Below, piece after piece: positions 38,390 to 48,683 of a stretch of DNA of 64,000 bases. The position numbers were made by a program, and so were the translations under genes. Source of the stretch: an uncultured Burkholderiales bacterium (lineage in GTDB: Bacteria; Bacteroidota; Bacteroidia; UBA8524). The stretch lies in the NCBI GenBank assembly GCA_964584305.1, contig CAZOZL010000007.1:11405-75404 (forward strand), given 5' to 3'. Every line of letters starts with the position of its first letter. Position 1 is the first letter of the stretch. Under the pieces are notes generated by a model, which saw only the letters and a program-made list of their open reading frames with translations, did no database searches and was not told the DNA's origin.

Positions 38390-40423
38390 TTATTCTTTCA
38401 ACCATTTATCCAACCAGTCAAAAAACACCCTGTTCCAAAGTATGCTGTTTTGGGGTTTGTTTACCCAATGTCCCTCATCAGGAAAGTACAAAAAACGACT
38501 GGGTACACCCACACTTTGTGCTGCCGTAAAGGCTTCCATACCTTGCCCTAAGGGCACTCTAAAATCTTTCTCGTTATGAATAACCAACATAGGCGCATCC
38601 CAGTTTTTAACGTACTTGTGTGGCGAATTTTTATTGTAGTTGCTGGGGTTTTCCCAGTAGTGTCCATTGTCGTTTTTAGCAAAAAACATCTCTTCGGTAG
38701 TGCCGTACCAGCTTTCCATATTAAACATACCACAATGCGATATAAAACATTTAAAACGCTTTTTGTGGTTGCCTGCCAGCCAATACACGCTATATCCACC
38801 AAAACTTGCGCCTATTGCACCCAAACGGTCGTTATCAACATAACTTTCTTTGGCTACCTCATCAATAGCACTTAAATAGTCTTGCATGGGCTGCCCGCCA
38901 TAGTCGTTTATAATAGCATCATTCCACTCTTGCCCAAAACCTGGTAAACCTCTGCGGTTGGGGGCTACTATAATATAGCCTTGCCCTGCCATTAGCTGGA
39001 AATTCCATCTATAACTAAAAAACTGCGATAGCGGACTTTGTGGACCACCTTGGCAGTATAATAGTGTTGGATATTTTTTAGTACTATCAAAATTAGGAGG
39101 ATATATTACCCAAGTCAGCATATCTTTTCCATCAGTAGTTTTTACCATACGCTTGCGTACTTCACCCATTTGTATTTTGCTTAAAAATGCACTGTTTATA
39201 TCCCAAAGTGCTGTTTCATTGCCTTTCAAATCTATTTTATATAATGCGGCAGGGTGGCTCATGCTATTTTTCATGCCTATAAGCAGGGTTTTCTTGCCTT
39301 TTTTATAGGGTATAATGGCATTATAGTCGTGTATTCCTTTAGTTATTTGGGTTATTTTTTTGCTTTTAAAATCGTATTCAAATATTTGTCGGGTGGCATT
39401 AATGGTAGATAGAAAAAATATCTTATCCCCGTTAGGGCTCCATGTATATCCATCAACACTGTATTTAAAATTTTTGGTAATATCTGTTGGGGTGTTAGCT
39501 GTGTTTAACGCACTTACCAGTATGCGGTTTTTATCGGCTTCATAGCCTGCTCGTTCCATACTTAGCCAAGCTACTTTATTTGTTTTTTCCCCTTGTATTT
39601 GCGCTTCAGTATCATAGCCAATGCCACAACCTTTTAGTGCGTTGGTACTTTGTTTTTCAATATTATATACATAAATATCGCTATTGGTACTATATGCGCT
39701 TTTTGTGCCTTCCAATTTTTTGCAGGTGTATAACAAAAACTTACCATCGGCACTAAAATTTATTTGCTCATCGCCACCAAAAGGGTGTAGGGGAGAGTGA
39801 AATTTTTCGCCTTTCATTATATCTTTCCCTGTATTTATAAGGTTTTGCTTTTGATAGGGTGTAACAAATACATGGCTATAAGTATAGTCGTTCCACTGTG
39901 TCCAGTGTCGGTACAATAGTCCGTCAATAATTCGTGCATCTACTTTATCCAAATCAGGGTATAGTTCTTTCACGGTTTTGTCAAGTTTCATATTTTTCCC
40001 GTAAGCAATGTGTTTCATATCAGGGCTATACTTATACCATGTAATGCCGCCGCTGATATTGGTTACCCGTTTTTGTCTATTTGTGCTTATATCATATTCC
40101 CATAGCTGTGTCCCGTTTTCCATATTGCTTAGGTAGCTTACTATACTGCCATTAGGTAGCCAAGCCACCTGCATAGGTTTTTGAGGTATGTTTTTAGCCT
40201 CTATTAATTCTCCATTAGCTATATTCATAAAATATAGCTTAGTAGTACCTGTATTCTCTTTTACACTATAACTGCGGGTGGTAAACAGCAGTATCTCACT
40301 ATTAGGCGAAACGGCGGGACTGCCTATGCGTTTTAGCTGCCATAGTTTTTTTGGCGTAAAGTTATTTTGCGCTGTAAGTGAAGCGGAAATAAGTAGAAAT
40401 AGTATGAGGTATAGCTTTTTCAT
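38390..40423 (-). CDS. S9-family serine peptidase (dipeptidyl-peptidase 5-like)
   Basis: Beta-propeller, QGGPQ, GASFGG nucleophile, KDFRV and DEGHW. Confidence 0.93.
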   Translation of the reverse strand: MKKLYLILFLLISASLTAQNNFTPKKLWQLKRIGSPAVSPNSEILLFTTRSYSVKENTGTTKLYFMNIANGELIEAKNIPQKPMQVAWLPNGSIVSYLSNMENGTQLWEYDISTNRQKRVTNISGGITWYKYSPDMKHIAYGKNMKLDKTVKELYPDLDKVDARIIDGLLYRHWTQWNDYTYSHVFVTPYQKQNLINTGKDIMKGEKFHSPLHPFGGDEQINFSADGKFLLYTCKKLEGTKSAYSTNSDIYVYNIEKQSTNALKGCGIGYDTEAQIQGEKTNKVAWLSMERAGYEADKNRILVSALNTANTPTDITKNFKYSVDGYTWSPNGDKIFFLSTINATRQIFEYDFKSKKITQITKGIHDYNAIIPYKKGKKTLLIGMKNSMSHPAALYKIDLKGNETALWDINSAFLSKIQMGEVRKRMVKTTDGKDMLTWVIYPPNFDSTKKYPTLLYCQGGPQSPLSQFFSYRWNFQLMAGQGYIIVAPNRRGLPGFGQEWNDAIINDYGGQPMQDYLSAIDEVAKESYVDNDRLGAIGASFGGYSVYWLAGNHKKRFKCFISHCGMFNMESWYGTTEEMFFAKNDNGHYWENPSNYNKNSPHKYVKNWDAPMLVIHNEKDFRVPLGQGMEAFTAAQSVGVPSRFLYFPDEGHWVNKPQNSILWNRVFFDWLDKWLKE

Positions 40424-40645
40424 AATAAAAACGTAATGGGGCTAAGATATGAATTTATGGTTTTGATATAGCTATTTAACTTGAGTTGGATATAAAAACA
40501 AAATTTTAACTGCTTAATCTTGATAAGCCTTTGCTATGCTGCAAAATTTGGAATGAAAGGACATAGAATAGGCATGACAAGACCGTTTGCAAGGGGCTAT
40601 GGTTCTATTTTTGCTATTGGTTTTTATTCTTTAGCATAGATTTGT

Positions 40646-40699
40646 GTGCGTTTAGCACCTCCCTTTCTCCCTCCTTTTTAGGAGGGAAACAGCCGCACA
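40646..40699 (-). repeat. REP-like element (CCCTCCT..AGGAGGG hairpin flanked by GTGCG/CGCAC), family shared with 49956-50028
   Basis: The reverse complement begins TGTGCGGCTGTTTCCCTCCTA, identical to 49956-49976. Confidence 0.75.
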
Positions 40700-40812
40700 G
40701 GCTTCATTAAACAAAACAGGCATTCATGCCTATTCTATTCATAAAGGTTTTTCCCTTGCAACGGTCTTACTTTTTACGATATTTGTAATGGAAAATAATA
40801 GCACTACTTTTT

Positions 40813-41178
40813 TTGAAAGAAATAACAAAACAACCTAAGATTAATACTAATGCCCCCATCACTTTTACCGAAGGGGCTAAAAATGAGCTATACCGTTTAC
40901 TACAAACCCTTAATATAGATGATAAACAGGGATTGAGAATAGGGGTGAAGGGTGGCGGCTGTGCAGGCTTATCATACCTTTTAGCTTTTGACCATATGGA
41001 GGAGGATGATACTATTTACCATGCAGATGGCATACGTGTGCTGATGAAAAAACCTAACTTAATGTATTTGGTAGGAATGCAGGTAGATTGGGAAGATGGA
41101 CTAAATAATAAAGGCTTTACATTTAGCAATCCTAATGCTGCTGAAACCTGTGGTTGTGGTGAATCTTTTTCTACATAA
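40813..41178 (+). CDS. iscA: Iron-sulfur cluster assembly accessory protein (HesB/IscA)
   Basis: LRIGVKGGGCAGLSY and FSNPNAAETCGCGESF. Confidence 0.93.
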   Translation: MKEITKQPKINTNAPITFTEGAKNELYRLLQTLNIDDKQGLRIGVKGGGCAGLSYLLAFDHMEEDDTIYHADGIRVLMKKPNLMYLVGMQVDWEDGLNNKGFTFSNPNAAETCGCGESFST

Positions 41179-41288
41179 AATATATTTCTTTCTTTTTATC
41201 GAAACAAAAAGCATAATGGTAGATTAAGTACGCCGCTTATTAACCGTTTTGTAGCATCTTTGGCTAATTAAATCCTACAATACCCTTT

Positions 41289-42527
41289 GTGAATTTTAAA
41301 GAAACATTACTACTTTCCTACAACTCTATAAAAATAAATAGATCGCGTACTATAATTACGCTTTCTATTATTGCAATAGGTATAATGGCTTTGGTGGGCA
41401 TACTCTCATCTATTGATGCTATGAAAAGCTACCTAAGCAAGAGTTTTAGCGAAATGGGGGCAAACTCATACAATATTAAAAATCGCGGAAAACGAGTGCG
41501 TAGTGGCGGTAGAAGAAAAAAAAGTATCATATATCGTAAAATTAGTTTTGAAGAGGCTATACAATTTAAAAAAGACTATGCCTTTCCTGCTACCGTAGCA
41601 AACTCTGTAAATGTATCTTTTTTAAGTACTATTAAATACCGCTCTAATAAAACTAACCCTAATACCGTTGTTATTGGTATTGATGACAACTATCTATCCG
41701 TATCGGGTTATAAACTCTCGAAAGGTAGAAATATCTCTGTTGCTGATATGGAAGGTGTTACCCCTGTAGCCGTTATAGGTACTGATATTGTTTCTAAACT
41801 TTTTCCTAATAATGCAAACCCTATTGATAAAACTATTTCTGTTGGCGGGATAAAAATGAGGGTGGTAGGGGTATTAGAGTCCAAAGGAAACTCAGCAGGT
41901 TTTGGTGGGGGAGATAAATTAGTTTACGTGCCGCTAACTTTTGCACGCAATAGGATGGGGGCAAAAAACAAATCGTTTGTTATTGCTGTGCAGATAACCA
42001 ATCCTATGGTAATGGATGCAGCCATATCAGAAGCGGAGGGCGTGTTTAGGCTGGTAAGAAAAATTCATACATTAGACGATAATAATTTTCAGATAACAAA
42101 AAGCGACAATTTAGCGCAAGAACTGATTAAAGACCTTGATATGCTTACCTTTGTAGCCAATATTGTGGGTTTTATTACCCTTTTTGGCTCGCTTATAGCA
42201 TTAATGAATATAATGCTGGTTACTGTTACCGAGCGCACCCGTGAAATTGGGGTACGAAAATCGCTGGGGGCAACAAAATCTATCATTAAAAAACAGTTTT
42301 TATACGAAGCAATTACCATTAGTATTTTTGGTGGAATATTTGGGATTATATTAGGATTGGGCGTGGGTAATCTTATCTCTTTTGCCTTGGGGGTAGGTTT
42401 TATTATACCATGGCAATGGATTTTTTTAGCCGTTGCAATATCTATAATTGTGGGAGTATTAGGAGGGTACTACCCTGCCAGTAAAGCTGCCAAGCTAAAC
42501 CCTATTGATGCTTTAAGGTTTGAGTAA
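41289..42527 (+). CDS. ABC transporter permease (MacB/FtsX-like)
   Basis: [23 protein letters not shown] and [18 protein letters not shown]. Confidence 0.92.
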   Translation: MNFKETLLLSYNSIKINRSRTIITLSIIAIGIMALVGILSSIDAMKSYLSKSFSEMGANSYNIKNRGKRVRSGGRRKKSIIYRKISFEEAIQFKKDYAFPATVANSVNVSFLSTIKYRSNKTNPNTVVIGIDDNYLSVSGYKLSKGRNISVADMEGVTPVAVIGTDIVSKLFPNNANPIDKTISVGGIKMRVVGVLESKGNSAGFGGGDKLVYVPLTFARNRMGAKNKSFVIAVQITNPMVMDAAISEAEGVFRLVRKIHTLDDNNFQITKSDNLAQELIKDLDMLTFVANIVGFITLFGSLIALMNIMLVTVTERTREIGVRKSLGATKSIIKKQFLYEAITISIFGGIFGIILGLGVGNLISFALGVGFIIPWQWIFLAVAISIIVGVLGGYYPASKAAKLNPIDALRFE

Positions 42528-42591
42528 ATTATAGTACTTTTTTAAGTTTTTAAGTAGTACTTTTGCGCCCGTTAACCAATAATACAAAATA

Positions 42592-43668
42592 ATGGCTGTA
42601 GTACGATTTAACAACAAAAACACAGAGTTCTTCACTACCCTTCGCAAACGTGTTGACGAGTATTTTAACCAAACGAAAAAACCAATTACAGGTAACTTTA
42701 GGCTTTACCTTAAAACTATTATTCTTTTTACTACGCTTATAGCAAACTATATAGTGCTTACATTTTATACCCCCTCCCAAATTTGGGTAAGTGTTGTATT
42801 ATGTATAATTATGGGGGTAAATTTTGCTGCCATAGGGTTTAATGTGATGCACGATGGCTCGCACGGTAGCTATTCCGACAATAAATTTATAAATAAAATA
42901 ATGGCATTTTCTCTTAATCTTTTAGGAGGTAGTGCTTATATATGGAACTTGAAACATAATGTGAACCACCATACATTTACTAATATAGATGGTATGGATG
43001 ATGATATTGACATAAAACCATTTATCCGTACTAATACCAACCAACCAAAATATTGGTTTCACCGTTTTCAGCACATTTATTTCATGGCATTGTACGGTTT
43101 AACCTATCTGTTTTGGATTTTTTACCAAGACTTTAAAAAATACTTTTTAAGTAGAGTATCAGAACATACACCTATGCGTAAAATGAGCTTTAGAGACCAT
43201 ATAAACTTTTGGATGTCGAAAGTGATACATATAGGTATATTTATAGTAATTCCACTGTTTACGGTTGGTCTTGTCAAGTTTATGGTAGGTTACCTTATAA
43301 TGGCGGCTGTAACAGGTGTTTTAATAGCCGTTGTATTTCAATTAGCACATATAGTTAAAGAGGCTAACTTTAAAGCACCCAATGCGGAGAAAAAACTAAG
43401 TATAGAGGAAGAATGGGCAGTTCATCAAATGAATACAACCGTAAATTTTGCTACAAAAAGTAAAAGTTTAGGTTGGTTATTAGGGGGATTAAACTTTCAG
43501 ATAGAGCATCATTTATTTCCTAAAATTAGCCATATACATTACCCAAAAGTGAGTAAAATAGTACGTGATACGTGCAAAGAATTTAATGTAGTTTATACGG
43601 AGTTCCCTACTATGCTTCAGGCGTTTGTATCGCACGCCAAGTATATAAAACAATCAGGAGTGGCATAA
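42592..43668 (+). CDS. Fatty acid (acyl-CoA) desaturase
   Basis: His boxes HDGSH, HNVNHH and QIEHHLFP. TACTTTTG promoter element at 42558-42565. Confidence 0.94.
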   Translation: MAVVRFNNKNTEFFTTLRKRVDEYFNQTKKPITGNFRLYLKTIILFTTLIANYIVLTFYTPSQIWVSVVLCIIMGVNFAAIGFNVMHDGSHGSYSDNKFINKIMAFSLNLLGGSAYIWNLKHNVNHHTFTNIDGMDDDIDIKPFIRTNTNQPKYWFHRFQHIYFMALYGLTYLFWIFYQDFKKYFLSRVSEHTPMRKMSFRDHINFWMSKVIHIGIFIVIPLFTVGLVKFMVGYLIMAAVTGVLIAVVFQLAHIVKEANFKAPNAEKKLSIEEEWAVHQMNTTVNFATKSKSLGWLLGGLNFQIEHHLFPKISHIHYPKVSKIVRDTCKEFNVVYTEFPTMLQAFVSHAKYIKQSGVA

Positions 43669-43693
43669 TACCAAACTCAGAAAATTTATAATT

Positions 43694-43730
43694 AAAAACC
43701 TCAAGTGAAAATTTTTACTTGAGGTTTTTT
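43694..43730 (+). terminator. Intrinsic terminator
   Basis: AAAAACCTCAAGT/ACTTGAGGTTTTT perfect stem. Confidence 0.8.
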
Positions 43731-43744
43731 ATGTTTGCTACGAA

Positions 43745-44284
43745 ATGAAAAAAATCCTTCTTATTTCTGATACACACGGTTTTTTAGACCAAAAAATATT
43801 AAATCACATAAAACAAGCTGATGAGATATGGCACGCTGGTGATTGGGGAACAATAGCCGTGAGCGATTATATAAAAAAACTAAAACCAGTGCGAGGCGTT
43901 TGGGGCAATATTGATGGACAGGAATTGCGGACAGAACACCCTTTACACAATCGTTTTATTTGCGAAGGTTTAGATGTTTGGATAACACATATAGGCGGAT
44001 ACCCTAATAAATACTCGCCAGCAATAAAAGAGGATATTAAAATAAACTCGCCACAGCTATTTATTAGTGGACACTCGCATATACTAAAGGTAGTGCGCGA
44101 TACAAAGTTAAACCTGCTGCATATAAACCCTGGTGCTGTGGGTATTCATGGTTTTCATAAAGTGCGCACAATGGTACGTTTTACTATTAATGCAGGTAAA
44201 ATTGCCAATGTTGAAGCAATAGAATTAGGCATGAGGGCGGACATAAATAATTTAGAAGACCCAATACTAACAAGTAGAGGGTAG
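43745..44284 (+). CDS. Metallophosphoesterase (YfcE/MJ0936 family)
   Basis: SDTHG, HAGD, GNID, GHSH and NPG motifs. Confidence 0.92.
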   Translation: MKKILLISDTHGFLDQKILNHIKQADEIWHAGDWGTIAVSDYIKKLKPVRGVWGNIDGQELRTEHPLHNRFICEGLDVWITHIGGYPNKYSPAIKEDIKINSPQLFISGHSHILKVVRDTKLNLLHINPGAVGIHGFHKVRTMVRFTINAGKIANVEAIELGMRADINNLEDPILTSRG

Positions 44285-44434
44285 CACATTTAGTTACGTG
44301 AGTAGAGTATATCTTTTTTGGAAAATATAGCTTACTGTAATTTGCACATGGGCTGCTACAGTCTCTTGAATTGGTTATACAGTAATGAAGAAATTTGTGA
44401 AATCTTGCTTATAAAAGGCTACGTGCGCAGAACA

Positions 44435-44484
44435 CCCTTTCTTGGGCAAGACTTGCAGGGCTGCAAAGAGAGGGGCTGGGGGAT
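44435..44484 (+). repeat. REP-like element (CCCTTTCTT...AAGAGAGGGGCTGGGGGATA)
   Basis: GC-rich imperfect palindrome between convergent genes. Its 3' end resembles the element inside alaS. Confidence 0.45.
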
Positions 44485-44547
44485 AGTTAGAAAATTTGTG
44501 TGGGCTAAAGGGATACAGTTAAAACAGACTGCTATGAAAGCTAAAGA

Positions 44548-47193
44548 CTAAACATATTTCTTAGCTTTTTCTATTACAGCGTCTAATCCGCTTATATCGC
44601 TACCACCGGCAGTTGCATAAAATGGCTGCCCGCCACCGCCGCCTTTTATCAGTTGAGCCAATTCACGAATTATTTTACCTGCATTATACCCTTTATCTTT
44701 CACCAAGTCCTCACTAATTATTACCGTAATATTGGGTTTTTCGTTTACTTCAGCAGCCAAAACCAAGAAAATATTTTCTACTTCTTTGTTAAGAGCAAAA
44801 GCAAGGTTTTTAATAGCATCAGCACTATTTATACTTATACGGCGAGAAAGAAAATTTACCCCGTTTATATTCTCAAAAGCAGTTTTAAGTTCAGCCTTTA
44901 CTTGCTGTACTTGGGCATTTTCTAAGGTTTCTAAACGTTTTTGCAAGCCTTCTTTTTCATTGATAAGGTTTTCTATTCCTTTTTTAAGGTCTTTAGGGTT
45001 GTTTAGCAATGTTTTAGCCTCTTCTACCAAGTGTATATGTTGGTTTATATATTCTTCGGCTTTATCGGCGGTAATAGCTTCAATACGGCGCACGCCTGCG
45101 GCTACCGAGCTTTCAGCAGTAATTTTAAAACACCCAATTTGCCCTGTGGCTGCAACGTGTGTGCCACCGCACAGTTCTACGCTATATTCTTTATCAAAAG
45201 TGATAACACGAACTGTATCGCCATATTTTTCACCAAATAGGGCGGTAGCACCTTGCGCTTGTGCTTCGGCAATGGGTATGCTGCGTTGCTCGTTCAATGG
45301 GATATTCTCACGTATTTTTTGGTTCACAATGTGTTCCACTTTTTTTATTTCCTCATCAGTTACTTTAGTAAAGTGCGAGAAATCAAAACGCAAATAATCA
45401 GGGGCTACTAAACTCCCTTTTTGGTTTATATGGCTGCCTAAAACCTGCTTTAAAGCTGCATGAAGTAAATGCGTAGTACTGTGATTATCAGCTATTAATA
45501 TGCGGCGTTTGATGTTTACATGAGCCACGAAATCAGCATTGATATTTTGGGGCAATTTATCCGTTATATGAACTATAAGATTGTTCTCTTTTTGGGTATC
45601 AATAATATCTATTTTCTCATTAGCTGATTGTAAATAGCCTGTATCGCCCACCTGCCCGCCACTTTCACCATAGAAAGGAGTTTCGTTTAATATGAGTTGA
45701 AAAAACTGCTTCTTTTTAGCCTCCACCTTGCGGTATCGGGTAATTTTAACTTCTGCCTTTAAAGTATCGTAGCCTATAAACTCACTTTCAGTAGTAGTGT
45801 TTCCAATGCTTATCCAATCGTCCTTACTTACCTCTGCATCCTTACGGCTGCGGTTTTTTTGTTCTTTTAAGAGTGCTTCAAAACCAGCTATATCAACTTT
45901 TAAGCCTCTTTCTTTAGCAATAAGAAGTGTCAAGTCGATAGGAAAACCAAAGGTGTCGTATAGTTTAAAGGCTTCTTCGCCTTTTAAATCATTATTTTTT
46001 ATTAGTGATAACCCATTCTCTAAAGTCCTTAAAAAGCTAACTTCTTCTTCAAGTATTACTTTTTGTACAAAGTCTTGTTGTTGTTTCAGTTCGGGAAAGG
46101 CATCTCCAAACTCTTGTGCCAATACAGGCACTAATTCATTTATAAACGGTTTGCTAAGGTTTAAAAAGCTAAAACCGTACCGTATTGCACGGCGCAATAT
46201 GCGGCGTATTACGTAGCCTGCACCATTATTGCTTGGTAGTTGCCCATCGGCAATAGTAAAAGCTACGGCACGTACATGGTCAACAATTACACGTATGGCT
46301 ATATCAGTCTCTTTTGTTTTTATCCCCAAGCCCTTTGCCAAAGAGAGGGAGGCTGTGCTTGGGTCGCCTTCTGTATATTTTATATTACTTAGTTGTTCTA
46401 CTTTTTTAATTAAAGGAGTGAACACGGAAGTATCGTAGTTGCTGGTTCTGTTTTCGACAGCCCGCACCAAGCGTTCAAGTCCCATACCTGTATCCACGTG
46501 TTTAGCGGGCAGGTTGTGTAGTTTCTTGTCGGTAGTGCGGTTAAACTCCATAAATACCAAATTCCACAATTCAATCACTTGTGGGTGGTCGGCATTTACA
46601 AGGGTTTTCCCATCAATAGTTTTACGTTCATTATCAGGGCGCAGGTCAATATGTATTTCACTACATGGCCCACAAGGACCAGTATCGCCCATTTCCCAAA
46701 AGTTATCGTTTTTATCGCCTGTAAGTATATGATCTTCGGTAATGTATTTTTTCCAATGGTTGTATGCTTCTTGGTCAAAGGTAGTACCGTCAGTTTTATC
46801 CCCTTCAAACACAGTAACGTATAAACGGTCTTTATTTAGTTTAAAAACATCAGTTAATAATTCCCAAGCCCAAGCAATGGCTTCTTCTTTAAAAAAATCA
46901 CCAAAACTCCAATTGCCCAACATCTCAAACATGGTATGGTGGTAGGTATCATGTCCTACCTCTTCCAAATCATTATGTTTACCGCTTACTCGTAAACATT
47001 TTTGTGTATCAGTAAGCCGTTTATTTTTGGCTTCTTCGTTTCCCAAAAAATAATCCTTAAACTGGTTCATGCCTGCATTGGTAAACATTAGCGTAGGGTC
47101 GTTTTTTATTACCAATGGGGCAGAAGGCACTATTTTATGCCCCTTACTCTCAAAAAAATCTAAAAATTGTTGCCTTATTTGTTGAGCGTTCAT
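44548..47193 (-). CDS. alaS: Alanine--tRNA ligase
   Basis: PTLMFTNAGMNQFK, HHTMFEMLGNWSFG, DTGMGLER, ELCGGTH and GGGGG. TATTTTTG promoter element at 47250-47257 (-). Confidence 0.98.
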   Translation of the reverse strand: MNAQQIRQQFLDFFESKGHKIVPSAPLVIKNDPTLMFTNAGMNQFKDYFLGNEEAKNKRLTDTQKCLRVSGKHNDLEEVGHDTYHHTMFEMLGNWSFGDFFKEEAIAWAWELLTDVFKLNKDRLYVTVFEGDKTDGTTFDQEAYNHWKKYITEDHILTGDKNDNFWEMGDTGPCGPCSEIHIDLRPDNERKTIDGKTLVNADHPQVIELWNLVFMEFNRTTDKKLHNLPAKHVDTGMGLERLVRAVENRTSNYDTSVFTPLIKKVEQLSNIKYTEGDPSTASLSLAKGLGIKTKETDIAIRVIVDHVRAVAFTIADGQLPSNNGAGYVIRRILRRAIRYGFSFLNLSKPFINELVPVLAQEFGDAFPELKQQQDFVQKVILEEEVSFLRTLENGLSLIKNNDLKGEEAFKLYDTFGFPIDLTLLIAKERGLKVDIAGFEALLKEQKNRSRKDAEVSKDDWISIGNTTTESEFIGYDTLKAEVKITRYRKVEAKKKQFFQLILNETPFYGESGGQVGDTGYLQSANEKIDIIDTQKENNLIVHITDKLPQNINADFVAHVNIKRRILIADNHSTTHLLHAALKQVLGSHINQKGSLVAPDYLRFDFSHFTKVTDEEIKKVEHIVNQKIRENIPLNEQRSIPIAEAQAQGATALFGEKYGDTVRVITFDKEYSVELCGGTHVAATGQIGCFKITAESSVAAGVRRIEAITADKAEEYINQHIHLVEEAKTLLNNPKDLKKGIENLINEKEGLQKRLETLENAQVQQVKAELKTAFENINGVNFLSRRISINSADAIKNLAFALNKEVENIFLVLAAEVNEKPNITVIISEDLVKDKGYNAGKIIRELAQLIKGGGGGQPFYATAGGSDISGLDAVIEKAKKYV

Positions 47194-47364
47194 CTATGTT
47201 TAATTGGAATTATTTTTGTTAAACTCTACATTCGCAAAGAATGAAGGCACAAAAATAGCAAAAGCAAGCTATGATTTGCTGATTTGTTGATTTGAAATGG
47301 AGTAGTAATTAAACTTAAAAACACTGAAAGCTAACCATTGATAGACGATAGCAAAAACTGATAA

Positions 47365-48333
47365 ATGGCAAAAAAACCTAAATATCTTTACAATCCACAA
47401 AGTCTTACCTATGAGGTAGAGCAACGCAATTGGGGGAAAATTGCATTTCGTATTTTTGGATTTTTATGTGCTTCGGTAGTGTTTGCTGCCTTAATTATTT
47501 GGGGTGCGTATTCTTATTTTGAATCGCCTCAAGAAAAAATATTAGAGAAAAAAATAGAAAACTATAAGCTGCAACTATCACTATACGATAGGTCTATTGA
47601 TGATTTAACGGGAACATTAAACACGTTAATAGAGCGTGATACACAAATATACCGCATAGTTTTTGAAGCTGAACCTTTAAAAGATAGTATTACTGTTGCC
47701 AAAAAATTCTTGAAAAAATACGAAAACCTTAGAGGATTTGATAATGATGAGGAAGTACAACGCCTTAACAATAAGCTATTTCGTTTGGCAAGCAACATGA
47801 AAAAGCAAGAAAAATCGTTTGATGACATTATAGAGCGCGCCAAACGCAAGCAAGATATGTTTGCCAGCATTCCTGCTATACAACCTATTGAAAATAAGGA
47901 TTTGACCCGTGTGGCATCAGGGTTTGGGTATAGAATACACCCCATATACAAAACCCGTAAAATGCACTCGGGTATGGATTTTACCGCTCCTAAAGGCACG
48001 CCAATATACTCCACAGGAAATGGAAAGGTAACTTTTGCAGGATACAACGAGGGCTATGGCTACCACATAATTGTGAACCACGGATATGGATATGAAACCC
48101 TATATGCACACATGAGTAAAATGGAAGTACGAAGAGGCGAAGCGGTAACCCGAGGGCAAAAATTAGGAAAGGTAGGCTCAACAGGCTTATCTACCGCACC
48201 GCACTTGCACTATGAAGTGATGAAAAATGAACGTAAAGTAAACCCAGTACATTTTTATTATAATGATTTAACCCCTGAAGATTACGAAAAAATTAAAGAA
48301 CTTGCAGCCTCAAACAATCAATCTTTTGACTAA
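47365..48333 (+). CDS. M23-family metallopeptidase
   Basis: N-terminal TM and coiled coil; HSGMD, YAHM and HLHYEV. Confidence 0.93.
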   Translation: MAKKPKYLYNPQSLTYEVEQRNWGKIAFRIFGFLCASVVFAALIIWGAYSYFESPQEKILEKKIENYKLQLSLYDRSIDDLTGTLNTLIERDTQIYRIVFEAEPLKDSITVAKKFLKKYENLRGFDNDEEVQRLNNKLFRLASNMKKQEKSFDDIIERAKRKQDMFASIPAIQPIENKDLTRVASGFGYRIHPIYKTRKMHSGMDFTAPKGTPIYSTGNGKVTFAGYNEGYGYHIIVNHGYGYETLYAHMSKMEVRRGEAVTRGQKLGKVGSTGLSTAPHLHYEVMKNERKVNPVHFYYNDLTPEDYEKIKELAASNNQSFD

Positions 48334-48683
48334 TGCTACCTGAAGAAGAAAACCCCGACAAATTATACTACTCCATTAGCGAAGTATCAAAAATATTAGG
48401 AGTAAATGCTTCATTAATACGCTTTTGGGAGAAAGAATTCACTATTTTAAACCCCAAAAAAAGTAGTAAAGGCAATCGCCAGTTTACTAAAGAAGATGTA
48501 GGCAACTTGCGGTTGATATACCACTTGGTAAAAGAGCAAGGATACACCCTACAAGGAGCGAATGAAAAAATTAGGTTAACTAAAAGCAAATCGAGCAAAA
48601 AAGTAGAAATTATAGATAGCCTGTACAAAGTACGCAACCTACTTACAGATATTAAAGATATAATGGACGAACAAGCTACATGA
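48333..48683 (+). CDS. MerR-family transcriptional regulator
   Basis: KLYYSISEVS...LIRFWEKEF...GNRQF...GYTLQGA. Confidence 0.92.
   Translation: MLPEEENPDKLYYSISEVSKILGVNASLIRFWEKEFTILNPKKSSKGNRQFTKEDVGNLRLIYHLVKEQGYTLQGANEKIRLTKSKSSKKVEIIDSLYKVRNLLTDIKDIMDEQAT

Noticed and set aside
40563-40768. Retron msr-msd RNA
   Set aside because: It has long inverted repeats, but there is no reverse transcriptase nearby and the central hairpin belongs to a dispersed repeat family.
44318-44551. 77-aa ORF between the phosphoesterase gene and alaS
   Set aside because: TTG start, runs through a REP-like palindrome, no recognisable family.
44653-46945. Many antisense ORFs over alaS, and likewise over ftsY, mutS, dapD and the ABC genes
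   Set aside because: Shadow ORFs of strongly conserved genes with no independent coding signal.
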